A DNA stretch of 64,000 nucleotides, from contig OZ004612.1 of assembly GCA_963924565.1 (NCBI GenBank), forward strand, positions 25,110,001 to 25,174,000, given 5' to 3'. Shown piece after piece: positions 11,150 to 22,639 of this stretch. The notes under the pieces are model-generated. The model saw only the letters and a program-made list of their open reading frames with translations. It was not told the origin of the DNA and did not search any database. The stretch comes from Ascidiella aspersa (lineage: Eukaryota). Numbering within the stretch: the stretch's first letter is position 1; each line of letters opens with the position of its first letter. A program made the translations under genes and the position numbers.

Positions 11150-12124
11150 ATGGAAACTTCCACCAGCAGTTTAGAAGCGAGCACAGGGCTTGAAACCTCG
11201 CCATCGAATATTACAACGCCAGTCACCTTTGTTCCCTACGTGACTCGCCCGGCCGAAATCATAATGCTGGTTTGTCTGCTGATCCTTAGTCTCTACCTGA
11301 CGGTGGCCGCGTCCTGGTACCAGTGGAAGTATGGCCAGGAATCGCTGAAGTGGACCAACCGTCTTTGTACCATCGCGCCCTCAACGCTGCTGCTTCAGTC
11401 CTGCTTGTTTCTCATCGAGGTCTGCGGCACAAACCTGAGCGACGCGGTGTGCAGTTTCTACTTTATCGTCACCATTTTCCTGCTGAACTTCAACAAGTCC
11501 TTTGTCTACTTGGTGCTATGGATTCGCCAGAACACCTTCTACACAAACCCAACCGCCACCCGATCGGTGCCTCGTACCATCTGGGTTATCAGCTACTCGG
11601 CCTTGGTCGGAATGGTCGTCCTGCCGATTGGACAGGTGATTTTCCAGTGCCTGGCGCGCATCAACGCAACGCCGGTAGGCTGCGACTACTATCAACTGCC
11701 TGGATTTACGTTCTATTTAACGCTTTTGGCACCGGTACTGTTTATGCTTTTCGTGTTGGTACAGTTCATGCTGCTCGGCCTGGTGCTTTACCCCATTGCC
11801 AGTCACCTTTGCAAAAATCGGAGCGGCAGTAGCGGCAGCTCGATCCAGGATGTAATCGTTCGCCTGAGCATCTGCACCGGGATTTGCGTGGCCACCGACA
11901 TTGGAGCCCTAATAGTTGTTCTACATGGAATGCCGGAAGGACAATCTATGTCCTTCATGCCGCTCACGTTTAGCTTCAACGCTATCGCGAACGTCTTGTT
12001 TTTGTACCTGTCTTTTACGGACAAATTCGACCGGCTTGTTCCATTCAAAACGAGGATTCATTCAAATGATCCCCGAAACAAAGATTCCGAGAAAGGGCAG
12101 CAGACTAAGAAGTCGCAATTATAA
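11150..12124 (+). CDS. Orphan intronless 7TM GPCR-like receptor, copy 4 (324 aa)
   Basis: Intact ORF; distinct N-terminus METSTSSLEASTGLETSP and a different ('B-type') upstream region; core near-identical to copies 1/2/5. Confidence 0.88.
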   Translation: METSTSSLEASTGLETSPSNITTPVTFVPYVTRPAEIIMLVCLLILSLYLTVAASWYQWKYGQESLKWTNRLCTIAPSTLLLQSCLFLIEVCGTNLSDAVCSFYFIVTIFLLNFNKSFVYLVLWIRQNTFYTNPTATRSVPRTIWVISYSALVGMVVLPIGQVIFQCLARINATPVGCDYYQLPGFTFYLTLLAPVLFMLFVLVQFMLLGLVLYPIASHLCKNRSGSSGSSIQDVIVRLSICTGICVATDIGALIVVLHGMPEGQSMSFMPLTFSFNAIANVLFLYLSFTDKFDRLVPFKTRIHSNDPRNKDSEKGQQTKKSQL

Positions 12125-14257
12125 TAAATCGACCCGCGAAATAAAAGTAATGAAGTTAATTTTACTTTCGGACTGTGCAAATAAGTGACACATTATTTGG
12201 ATGTACATTATTGTAATGACTTGAGTCAACCGATATCTTTACTCCAGGAGCACTAATGTGATTGTTTTGCATTGGATTGAATTTACCTAAATATTTTTGC
12301 ACAAATGACTTGATTTGAGTAATTTTATCAAATAACTTAACTTGAAGTTGTAACTTCTAAATTATTTATGTTGTTTAAATTGAAACACATTTGTTAAACC
12401 GATTGTTTTTATTAAACACATAACTTGTATATTTGAAATATTCCCTAGTTGTTAAACGCAAGTATATTTAAGTATTTTTTTTTACAAGTATTTCTTTACG
12501 CAAGTATTTCAAGTATTTTTGTTTGTTTGCTTTGTTTTTGGTGTTTGTTGTGCAAAGTTGTCTTGAAATGTTTATGATTCAACATTTACATTAAGAAAAA
12601 CCTTGGACTGGTACTTGACTTGGACAGATAATGGCTTGGAATAGGATTGGATTTGTTGAAAATAACTTCACTTGAACTTAAGTCAAATTAAAATTTCTGA
12701 TTTTTAAGATTGAAAATGCGAGGTTTTATCTTTTTAGAGTGCACCCTGTGCGAATCTAGGATTTGTGTCTAACAATCTTGAACATTTACCATAAACAAAG
12801 TTAAGGCTCCGTCATAGGGTGACGTTGCAAAACAAGTCAACTATAACTTGCTGTTTTCGTTTGAAGTTCTGAGTATTGTGTGTGTCACACCCAGTCTATT
12901 TGAATAAATTCAAGGAGATGGGGGCTTAGTGTTCCTATGAAGCGCCATTACATTCACTTGCCTTTGCACTTGGGTTAAGAACCACTTGTTTCGATTGTAG
13001 CACCAGTATTCATTCAACATAGTGGTTCTCTTGATTCCAGAATCAAAAACATCAAAGTTACCAAAATGAATTGAAATAGTACAATGAATGTTAACCACTA
13101 ATTTGCTTAACTAATAAAGTCTAAGTCAAGTCTAATTTAGTCATCACACGCAAAGTTTTTCTTGTCACAAATGCTTCAAGTTATGCTATTGGCAAAGAGT
13201 GACTAAATTGCACTTTAGTCTATATAAGATTACGACACTTAGAAGAAAAGCTGCTTCAGAAACAAACTAAAAGATTATACTTTAACAATATACCTGTAAC
13301 TCGTGCAAGCGTAATACATAAAAGCAGCCCAACCGCATACTTGTAAACCATAACTGATGGGTCTTTACGTGAAACTGAACGTGATTTGTTTTAACTGGTC
13401 GTGAATATACCTGATTTTGTTATAGCCAGAGGCAATGGCGCCCGTAGTTTATTTGTTGATTCGCCTACATTGCCCAGGTAAGGTTCAGTTAAGGCCCAGT
13501 TATTTTTTTTCATGAAATGAATGACCAACCAACTAACGAAATGAAATCTGCATATTTATTTACGTATCTGTTTATTTATTTACTGATTTCGCGCAGGTAT
13601 TTTAGGTCTGTATGCGGCCATAGCAACGTTTATAGTTTCTTAAAAAAATTCGGAGATTTATGACATCTTCCGATGCCATTTTTTCTCTTAGGCTACTTCT
13701 CACTTTACAGGTTGGAATGGAGCAGTGAAGACTATGAAACTCAATCTAATTAAACCCTCCAATTAACGAAATGGACTATGCCTATATGTGCCTATGCTAT
13801 GCTACTCAGACAATGCGATGGACAGTAAAGTCAATTGTTTAACGTTTATATACCTGAAGGTCCCTAATTCTGTTAGAACGTGACTAATTGACCCAACAAA
13901 CAGGTGTTTAGGATTAAGTGCTCGTCGGAACTAACCGCGTTTGTCGTTTTTCAAGCAATGTGTTCACGAATGTTCCGAGCCTGATCTAGACAACGTTCAG
14001 TCGTTTACTTTCCACCTACTGATGTGGCAGCTATACTCCCTGAAAGCAATAAAGTTTTTCAAGTTTTGTTTTGCAATATAGAAAACAGATTATCTTCATT
14101 TCGTACAGTGCGCTTGAATAACACTGTAGGAAATTTCGTAGGAAATAGTCAGTTGCACAGGTCCGAAGCCTTTAATTTTCACCCTGTGGACTGCCAAGAG
14201 TAATTTGAAACAGCCAACTCAAATTTAGTTGTTAAACGTTAAACAAGTCAAAACCCA

Positions 14258-15220
14258 ATGTCAACTTCCACCAGTAGTTTGGATGTGAGTACAGGGCCCG
14301 GATCATCGCCATCAAATGTTACAGCACAACCTGGAGTCACCTTCGTTCCCTACGTGACTCGCCCGGCCGAGATATACATGCTGGTTTCTCTGCTGATAAT
14401 CAGTCTCTACCTGACTATGGCCGCGTCCTGGTACCAGTGGAAGCACGGCCAGGAATCGCTGAAGTGGACCAACCGTCTTTGCACCATCGCGCCCTCAACG
14501 CTGCTGCTTCAGGCCTGCTTGTTTCTCATCGAGGTCTGCGGCACAAACCTGAGCGACGCGGTGTGCAGCTTCTACTTTATCGTCACCATTTTCCTGCTGA
14601 ACTTCAACAAGTCCTTTGTCTACTTGGTGCTATGGATTCGCCAGCACACCTTCTACACAAACCCAACCGCCACCCGATCGGTGCCTCGTACCATCTGGGT
14701 TATCAGCTATTCGGCCTTGGTCGGAATGGTCGTCCTGCCGATTGGACAGGTGATTTTCCAGTGCCTGGCGCGCATCAACGCAACGCCGGTAGGCTGCGAC
14801 TACTATCAACTGCCTGGATTTACGTTCTATTTAACGCTTTTGGCACCGGTGCTGTTTATGCTTTTTGTGTTGGTACAGTTCATGCTGCTTGGACTGGTTC
14901 TTTACCCCATTGCCAGTCACCTTTGCAAGAATCGTAGCGGCAGTAGCGGCAGCACGATGCAAGATGTAATCGTTCGCCTGAGCATCTGCACCGGGATTTG
15001 CGTGGCCACCGACATTGGAGCCCTAATAGTTGTTCTACATGGAATGCCGGAAGGACAATCTATGTCCTTCATGCCGCTCACGTTTAGCTTCAACTCTATC
15101 GCAAACGTCTTGTTTTTGTACCTGTCTTTTGCGGACAAATTCGACCGGCTGGTTCCTTTTAAAACGAAGATTGATCCAAACGATGCCAGAAACAAAACTG
15201 CCGACCAAGGCCAGGGGTAG
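14258..15220 (+). CDS. Orphan intronless 7TM GPCR-like receptor, copy 5 (320 aa)
   Basis: Intact ORF; same N-terminal and C-terminal types as copy 3. Confidence 0.88.
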   Translation: MSTSTSSLDVSTGPGSSPSNVTAQPGVTFVPYVTRPAEIYMLVSLLIISLYLTMAASWYQWKHGQESLKWTNRLCTIAPSTLLLQACLFLIEVCGTNLSDAVCSFYFIVTIFLLNFNKSFVYLVLWIRQHTFYTNPTATRSVPRTIWVISYSALVGMVVLPIGQVIFQCLARINATPVGCDYYQLPGFTFYLTLLAPVLFMLFVLVQFMLLGLVLYPIASHLCKNRSGSSGSTMQDVIVRLSICTGICVATDIGALIVVLHGMPEGQSMSFMPLTFSFNSIANVLFLYLSFADKFDRLVPFKTKIDPNDARNKTADQGQG

Positions 15221-15315
15221 CAGACTCAGGGTTCGAAAATATAACAAATCGACTCGCGAGTCATATTTCAACGTTCGGACTCTATGAACAAGTGTCACAT
15301 CATTTGGATGTACAT

Positions 15316-16501
15316 TGTTGTAATGACTTTGAGTCAACCAATATCTATACTTAAGTTGAAGTTGTGATTTCTAAATTATTTATGTTGTTTAAATTGAAAC
15401 ACATTTGTGAAACCGATTGTTTTTACTAGTCACATAACTTGTATATTTGAAATATTCCCTAGTATTTCCCAAACCGCAAGTTTTTTTTGTTTTTTTTTGT
15501 TGTTGGGTTGCCAGATAGAAAAAATAAGAGCCAAAATTACTCTTAAAAAGGCCAAATCTACTACAAACTCCAACAAGCCTATGTTTTTCCTTAAATGAAT
15601 AAAAAATGCAATAAATGATCATGCTGGTACATTGAATTTCTTTTCTTGTGGCAAATTTTCTTAACAAAAAGGTGTGCAACCAACAAAAAGGTGTGCAACC
15701 ATTGCCTTATTGAATGCTAAGCAAAATCAAGCAGTAAACAAACTGGCAATTGGATCAAACTTTATGCAAGTGACGTGATCTGTTCCAAACTTGAAATTTT
15801 ACTTGTCCTATAATGCTAATCTAGTATTTAGTAAATCTAGTTTTTAGTAAATCTAGAAGACACCACTCAAAATCTATGTAACTCTATTGAGTTACGATTG
15901 GCCCTAATTGAAAATCCATCCAACTCGCCTGTACCATGTGCCAAAAAATCAATAGTTTTTTTTTAAACGACAATATTGTTTTCATTTTTTCTTTGTTACG
16001 CTTTAAATTGTTTCACCAGGGAATATTTGTTTATGGTATTTTTTTAGGGTTGTAAAAAGTCATTTTGAAATGACTTAAGTCCTATAGTCAAATCAATTGA
16101 AAAGTCCAAGTTTATTTTGCAAAAAAATAATAAGTCAAGTCCAAGTCATCATTTGCCGTAGTCAAGTTTCATTTAAGTCATTTTTACGTCAAGGCATCTT
16201 TAAGTCATGTCACTGATATAAAAATAAAACAATAAACTATTAAAATTGGTAAACTCGTCCGATTAGGGCTAGGCCTATGATCAACACCTGAACTAAAAAA
16301 AACTATATGCAGCAAGCAAAATTGTTTACCTGAAAAAATTACGACAAATAACTCAATTTTGTTTGAAAATATTTTGTGTAACACTTAACTTTATCTAAGA
16401 TATTTGACTAAATGACTTAAGTCAAGTCAAGTCATTTTAGTCACAGGACTTAAGTCAAGTCAAGTTATTTTAAAACAATGACTTAAGTGGACTTACAACA
16501 C
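15316..16501. mobile_element. Old TIR element with GACTT/AAGTC subterminal repeats in the receptor 3' flank
   Basis: Begins tgttgtaatgactt and ends ...acttacaacac after many aagtcaagtc repeats; related left ends follow copies 1-4 and 6. Confidence 0.5.
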
Positions 16502-16848
16502 GCATTACAACATTGCTATTTTTACTTTTATATCTTTATCAAGACTTTAAAAATGGTTTTCTATTGCATTTTACCGTCTGCCGTGCTTCCTCAAATAATG
16601 CGTTTTTTGGGGCAAAATATTGTTCGCTTAGGGTTGTACAAAATTGTATTTCGATACGCGATGCTCCGGGCAAAATTTACAACTATGCGCTACAAAACTA
16701 AATGAGTTCATTACTATGGTTCAGTATGCAAAACTGAGAAAATTGAAACATGCGAGGGCGTGTTTTTTGGTTGTTACGCCAAAGTTGACTTTAGCGTTGT
16801 CAACCTTATTGAGTTTTTCTTTTTCTTTTAATATGTAACGTTCTAGGG

Positions 16849-18229
16849 CAGGGGTGGGCAATTATTTTTAACCGCGGGCCACAAGAGAAACTTAAAATGT
16901 TGTCGCGGGCCGGGTCCAAAAAGAGGCTCTCAAATGCACGTAATATGACGTTATACTACGACGCTAAAAAATAAATAAGCTGACGAACTTGTTATTTCGT
17001 TAGGAGTTGTGCGCAAATGTGCAATTTACGTCAAATTTAACACAAAGGAAAAATGTGACTATAGGCTATTTGAGTGTTCCTTAACCTTTTTTACTTGGGG
17101 CGCACCTAGAGACATATGCAAACAGGGCGGCGCACCTTGCGAGCGAAGCGAGCGCGAATTTTTTTAGGTGTACCGGTATTTCTCTTAAATTGCCTGCATT
17201 TTTTTATTATATAGGTTTTATATAGTTGCATATCTTTAAAGGGACTCCAGCCTTTAAGACTATAAACCTTATTTTGTCCATTTAAGTCTTGTTCCGATTA
17301 ATTTTGGACTTATTTTGTGTTTAGGTCTTATTTAGACTATTTTAGATTTTATTCTGTCGTGTTTATTATTGCGAGTATGGCGTTATTATGTCGGTGGTCT
17401 TAGTACTATGGTATTATAGATTATCTTTTTTTTTTTAGGTATTGTTGCCTTGTAGGTCCTATTGCGTTTTCTACTTAAAAGGCTTGTGGAATCAATGAGC
17501 TAAGCTTGATAGGAAAGTAAAAAATATATGTTTTATATAATAGGATAATAGGACCTACATTATTTTTTCCTTTTGCTCGCGGCGTACCTGGCAGCCTTCT
17601 GCGCCGCGGCGCGCCGGTTAAGAAACGCTGGGCTATTTGTTTTAAAACGAAAATTTTAATTTAGACATAGAGGGCAACGTCAAGCATTGAGTACAGATAA
17701 AAAATATACATTGCTTGATATATACTTTGGTACAATGGCCATATTGCAAAGAAGGCATAAATCAGGAGAAATACACAACATGGCATTAATTAAATTAGGC
17801 TAACAAACGTGAATCTGTATGTTTCAGAGTTTAGAAAACGGCATGTATTTCGTCCATATTTTAAAGTCGGAATACATTCGAAAGCAGCGCAATATACTTA
17901 AATATATTAGGGCTAAGTTTGTTAAACTTTTGTTGAAGAGAGTGCCACAGTGCAGAGGACGCTTTTAATCTGTAAATATGGCCAAATAATTTGTGGAAGA
18001 TACGAAAAAGACAGAAAAGATTCGCGCAAAGCGCAAAAAAAAAATCATTTTAGTCTTTAAAACAGGCTTTAAATAGAGTTTGGATCCGTCCCTAGAAATA
18101 GTGTTAACGATACAACCAAACGTAGAAATTCCCCCTTGTTTTCTCTCGGCTTATGTATTTTAAGAAAACTAAGCCGCGGGCCGGATTAAATTGCCTGGCG
18201 GGCCGCGGGCCGTATGTTGCCCAGGTCTG
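16849..18229. mobile_element. hAT-type non-autonomous DNA transposon
   Basis: Termini caggggtgggcaa / ttgcccaggtctg, gcgggcc motifs; perfect 8-bp TSD ttctaggg. Confidence 0.88.
17072..17630. mobile_element. hAT-type MITE nested in 16849-18229
   Basis: Termini gagtgttccttaacc / ggttaagaaacgctg; perfect 8-bp TSD ggctattt. Confidence 0.82.
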
Positions 18230-19007
18230 TTCTAGGGTATATAATGTTGCTTTGGAGCACAAATCTTGGCTGCAGATTGGACAAATAGAAATGTTTTGAC
18301 GTTTCAAATTTAGATTAGAATAAAACTTAGCTCATTTTTGTTCGTCTAAATTAGATTATCATTATCATATTATTGTCTAGATTAGCCCCTATAAACTGTT
18401 AAATTGGCCTTTTCGAGGTTATCGCACTAAAGTGAAGATCCACTTGTTGGGATTGACCCAGATTAATTGTCGATTTAAAGCAGTGCCAGTATTGGTTTAT
18501 CAACCCGCACAATAAAGCGCGCAGACTTCACACAATTTTTTCGCAAGCATATATGCATAAATTATGCAATATCGCAACAGATTAATAATTAAGGTGTATG
18601 GATAAAATCCCACCATCATCCAATTAATGCCGGCTCCGTCACCAACGTAATGTAGATTGTAGAGGCCTAATTGGGTCCAACAAACAGGGGTTTGTGCTCG
18701 TCGATAACTGACCACCTTTGTCGGTGTTGGCTAATGCGTTTACGCTTGTTCTTAGCATTCGTGCGCACAGCTTTCTTCTCGCAGTAAATGGAGGCAGTCA
18801 TTTTTTCTGAAGTTCTTTTTTCATATGACAGACTGGACTGGCAACACAGCAAGTAGTTGAGCGATCAGTTACAAGCGCAAAGTTGCTTGGTTTTTGTGTG
18901 GTTAAAGAGATATAGTTTAAAACGAAGGTTTCCGTGTGACTTCAAGAAAAATTTTGATCAACAATTGACTTCAAGAAGATTTTGATCAACACTGGACATA
19001 TCAAGCG

Positions 19008-19986
19008 ACGGCGACTTCAACCAGCAGTGAAGATGCGAGCACATGGTTTGAAACCTTGCCATCAAATGTTACAGCACAACCTGCAGTCACCTTTGTGCCC
19101 TACGTGACTCGTACGGCTGAGATGATCATGCTGGTCCCTGTGCTGATCATCAGTCTCTACCTGACTGTGGCCGCGTCCTGGTACCAGTGGAAATACGGCC
19201 AGGAATCACTGAAGTGGACCAACCGTCTTTGCACTATCGCGCCCATTATGCTTCTCCTTCAGTCCTGCATGCTTCTGATCGAGGTCTACGGCAGAAACCT
19301 GAGCGACGCGGTGTGCAACTTCTACGCCATCGTTATTTTTTTCCTGCTTATCTTCAACAAGTCCTTCGTCTACCTGGTGCTCTGGTTGCGCCAACATATC
19401 TTCTACAAAACCCCGACCGCCGCCCGAACGGTGCCGCTCGCCATCTGGGTTATCAGCTACTCGGCATTGGTCAGAATAGTTGTCCTGCCGCTTGGACAGC
19501 TCGTCGTTGATGCCCTTAGCGTACGAAGGCACGCCGGTCGGATGTGTTAATGTCACCCGGTTCATAAAAAAAGAATTTAGGAGATCTATCCATACGGTGC
19601 TGTACATGCTCTTCGTGCTGGTACAGTTCCTGCTGCTCGGCCTGGTGCTTTACCCCATTGCCAGTCACCTTCGAAGAAACCGTAGCGGCAGCAGTGGAAG
19701 CACGATTCAGGATGTAATCGTTCGCCTGAGCATCTGCACCGGAATTTGCGTGGCTACCGACGTTGGCGCCTTATTCTTTATCCTATTTGGAATTCCGAAA
19801 GGGTCATCTTTGTCCTTCATTCCGCTCACCTTTAGCTTTAACGAAATCGCGAACATCTTGCTTTTGTACCTGTCTTTTACGGACAAATTCGACCGACTAG
19901 TTCCTTTTAACACGAGGATTAATTCAAATGATCCCAGAAACATAAAATCCGACCAAGGGGAGCAGACTGAGCAGTCGAAGATTTAA
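19008..19986 (+). pseudogene. 7TM receptor pseudogene, copy 6
   Basis: Start context tcaagcgACGgcg versus tcaagcgATGgaa in copy 4 (ATG->ACG at 19008); 2-bp deletion near 19526 (cgaaggcacg versus cgaagaggcacg in copy 7) splits the frame into ORFs 19056-19550 and 19480-19986. Confidence 0.85.
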
Positions 19987-20384
19987 TAAATCGACTAGCG
20001 AAATGAAAGTTATATTCATTTCCGAACAAAATAAGTGTCACGCTAGCAAACGTGCATTGTTGTAATGACTTTATTCAATAAATATTTTGAGTTAAGTGCA
20101 CTTAAACTGTTTTCAAATGGAATGTCTTGACTTAAGAGGGAAAAATACAGTGGGAAAAATTACTTGATTTGAGTCATTCTATCTAATGAATTAGCTTGGA
20201 GTTGTGAATTATATATTGATCTGTTGTTTAAATTGAAACACATGTTTAATCCTAATTGTTTTAATTCAAAACATAATTTTATATTTACCTCAATTTTTAA
20301 CGTAAAAGCTTGCTTGCTATTTGATGGGTTTTTGGTGTTCTTTATGTGTAATTTTCGTGAAACGTAATAAATTTACTATTATTT

Positions 20385-21675
20385 TTTGTGAGGGATCACG
20401 TACATCAGAGTTGGTAGGGTTAGCAATTTGCTAATTCTCCCCCTTGGTTTGGGATTATTATTGCCCCGTTTGTGTAGTGTTTTTACTTTTAAAAGCGACG
20501 GAAAAGAGTTGCGACAACTACTGTGCTTGTTTTCAGAGGGTGCTGTTTGGGGAATCTGAAATCAAAGAAAAAAACACTAAATATGTTTCATAAAATATGA
20601 ACCTGCTTTTCACTCCCCCAACGAGGGGGAGAGTTTATTAGCATCAGGTGGATATGTAAGAAGGACAAAAAGTAAGGATGTTGAAGCCCTATTTTATTTG
20701 AAAGCGTTCTCCTCATTCGAGGAAATGCATTTTCGGTATTTGATATATTGTGGCCGGTTATTCTTCACAGGCTGTGGGTCGCTTACGCATGTTATCTGAA
20801 AAAACACACCCTACAACGGTGTTTCCACAACTTAAAAATATGTACCAATGCGATAAGGTCATGAGAAGCGGGGTTTGAGGGGGTGCGATAAAAAAATGTG
20901 GGAGTGGAAATCAACAAAAGTTGTGGATAGGGATGAGGTGAAAATTTAATGAAGGTTTTTGATGTGGGTTAGGAGGGGTTGGATTTGGGTAAAATGTAAA
21001 ATAGTGGATATAATTTGTGTATACAGTAGGTAGATCAAATAACCTTTGTTTTTGCGGTTCAAGGGCCAAACCATGTTTCTAATTTGGCTAGGTATCAAAT
21101 AGTGGGTGTAGGGAATGGAGATGGGAAAGGGTAAAGGTCACGTCGTCGGCATAAGCCACGAGTTCGGGTGGGGTGCGAGCGGTGGCGGGGAAAGAAAAAT
21201 GGAATAGTTTAAATGTTTTTCAGGAGGGGTACGAGGGCGATCAGTTTGAAACTCAGCGGGTCGCCTTGTCCTACTCCTCTTGTGATCGCAACGAGGCCAG
21301 TAGGCAAACCGTTCAACAAAATGGCGGATGTGGCCATATCTTTGGTAGTATGGATGTAATTCAGCAAAGCCGAGGGGAAATTGCGGGTGAATGGCACGAG
21401 GGTAGGTTATGGAATCGAAGGCTTTTTTTAAATCGAGCGATAAAGTAGGAGGGGGTCACTCTTGATGCCGTGGTGGTAAAGGTCGAGGAATAGGGTGGCG
21501 GCAGTGGCAGTGGACGTGCCCTGTTGTTCATGTTGTAGGATATTGAAGAAGTGTTTTAAATGTGACTTCGTACGTTGATTTAAAATTTTTGTTGAGGATT
21601 TTGAGATAAAATTTGCATGATTGTTGGCAGCGGTTTCTTTTAATATAAGGGTAATGCCTACAAGTTTACTCATTT
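20385..21675 (-). mobile_element. Degenerate non-LTR retrotransposon (LINE, probably L1/Tx1-like) reverse-transcriptase fragment
   Basis: Minus-strand translations contain RT motifs LD..KAFDSI (~21410-21437), RGVGQGDPLS (~21255-21285) and ELVAYADDVT (~21136-21165), broken by frameshifts and stops; boundaries approximate. Confidence 0.85.
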
Positions 21676-22639
21676 CAAAACAGTAAATTAAAGCACTTAA
21701 GTAAACTTAAGTCATTACAACACCAAAAACAAAGCTAATTAAGAAACAATTACTAAAGGGTATACTTTATCAATTACCCTCATCGCGTGCAAGCGTAGCC
21801 TAATACAGAAAACTCGGCCAACCGTATAGGCCTACTGAAAATCCATAACTGGACAGATACAAGCACAAAATTGCAGCTAAAGCAATAAATTGAAGTATTT
21901 ACATACTTATTTACTGTTTTCGTACTTAAATTGAAGTAGCCTATCTGCATATTTATTTATTGTTTTTCGCACGAGCAAGTATGTGAAGCCTTTATGCGAC
22001 CACAGCAACATTAAAAAAACCCTTTGTGACAGGTTACAATGCCATTTCGTTTGCTTTCTAGTTTACGGTTTGGGATGGAGGTGTGAAGATTGTGAAACTC
22101 TGATTCAAACTAAGGTTTTATGTTAATGTATTGAAAAACATAGGTGTATGTTATGGTACTGCAAGAAAACGACGGACAGCGAAGTAAATAGTTAAACGTG
22201 CCAATGCCTGAAGGCAACTAATGCAGTTTGAAGGTGATTAATTAATGTGCTTAGGATTAAGTGCTCGTCGGAAACTGACCGCGTTTGTCGGTTTTCAACT
22301 AATGTGTTTACGTTTGTTCCGAGTCTGATCTAGACAACGTTCAGCCTTTTACCGTTCACCTACTGATGAGGCAGCATCATTGTCAGGTTGTCAGTGTATC
22401 ATTGACCTACGCCGTGAATGGAGCAAGTTTCTTAAGGTTTGTTTTGCAATACAGAAGCAAGATTATCCTCATTTCGTACAGCGCAATTCAAAGACACTGT
22501 GAGAAATTTTGAAGCTAATAGCAAGGTTGGTGGTAGTTGCACAGGTCCGAAGCCTCAAATTGTAACAGTGGACCGTCAGAAGCGATTTAAAACAGCCAAC
22601 TCCAATCTACTTGTGAGACGTTTGACAAGTCAAAACCCA

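Noticed and set aside
22439-22639. 67-aa N-terminal extension of copy 7 in the ORF track
   Set aside because: It starts at TTG; the homologous region is non-coding in copies 2/3/5, and the conserved ATG is at 22640.
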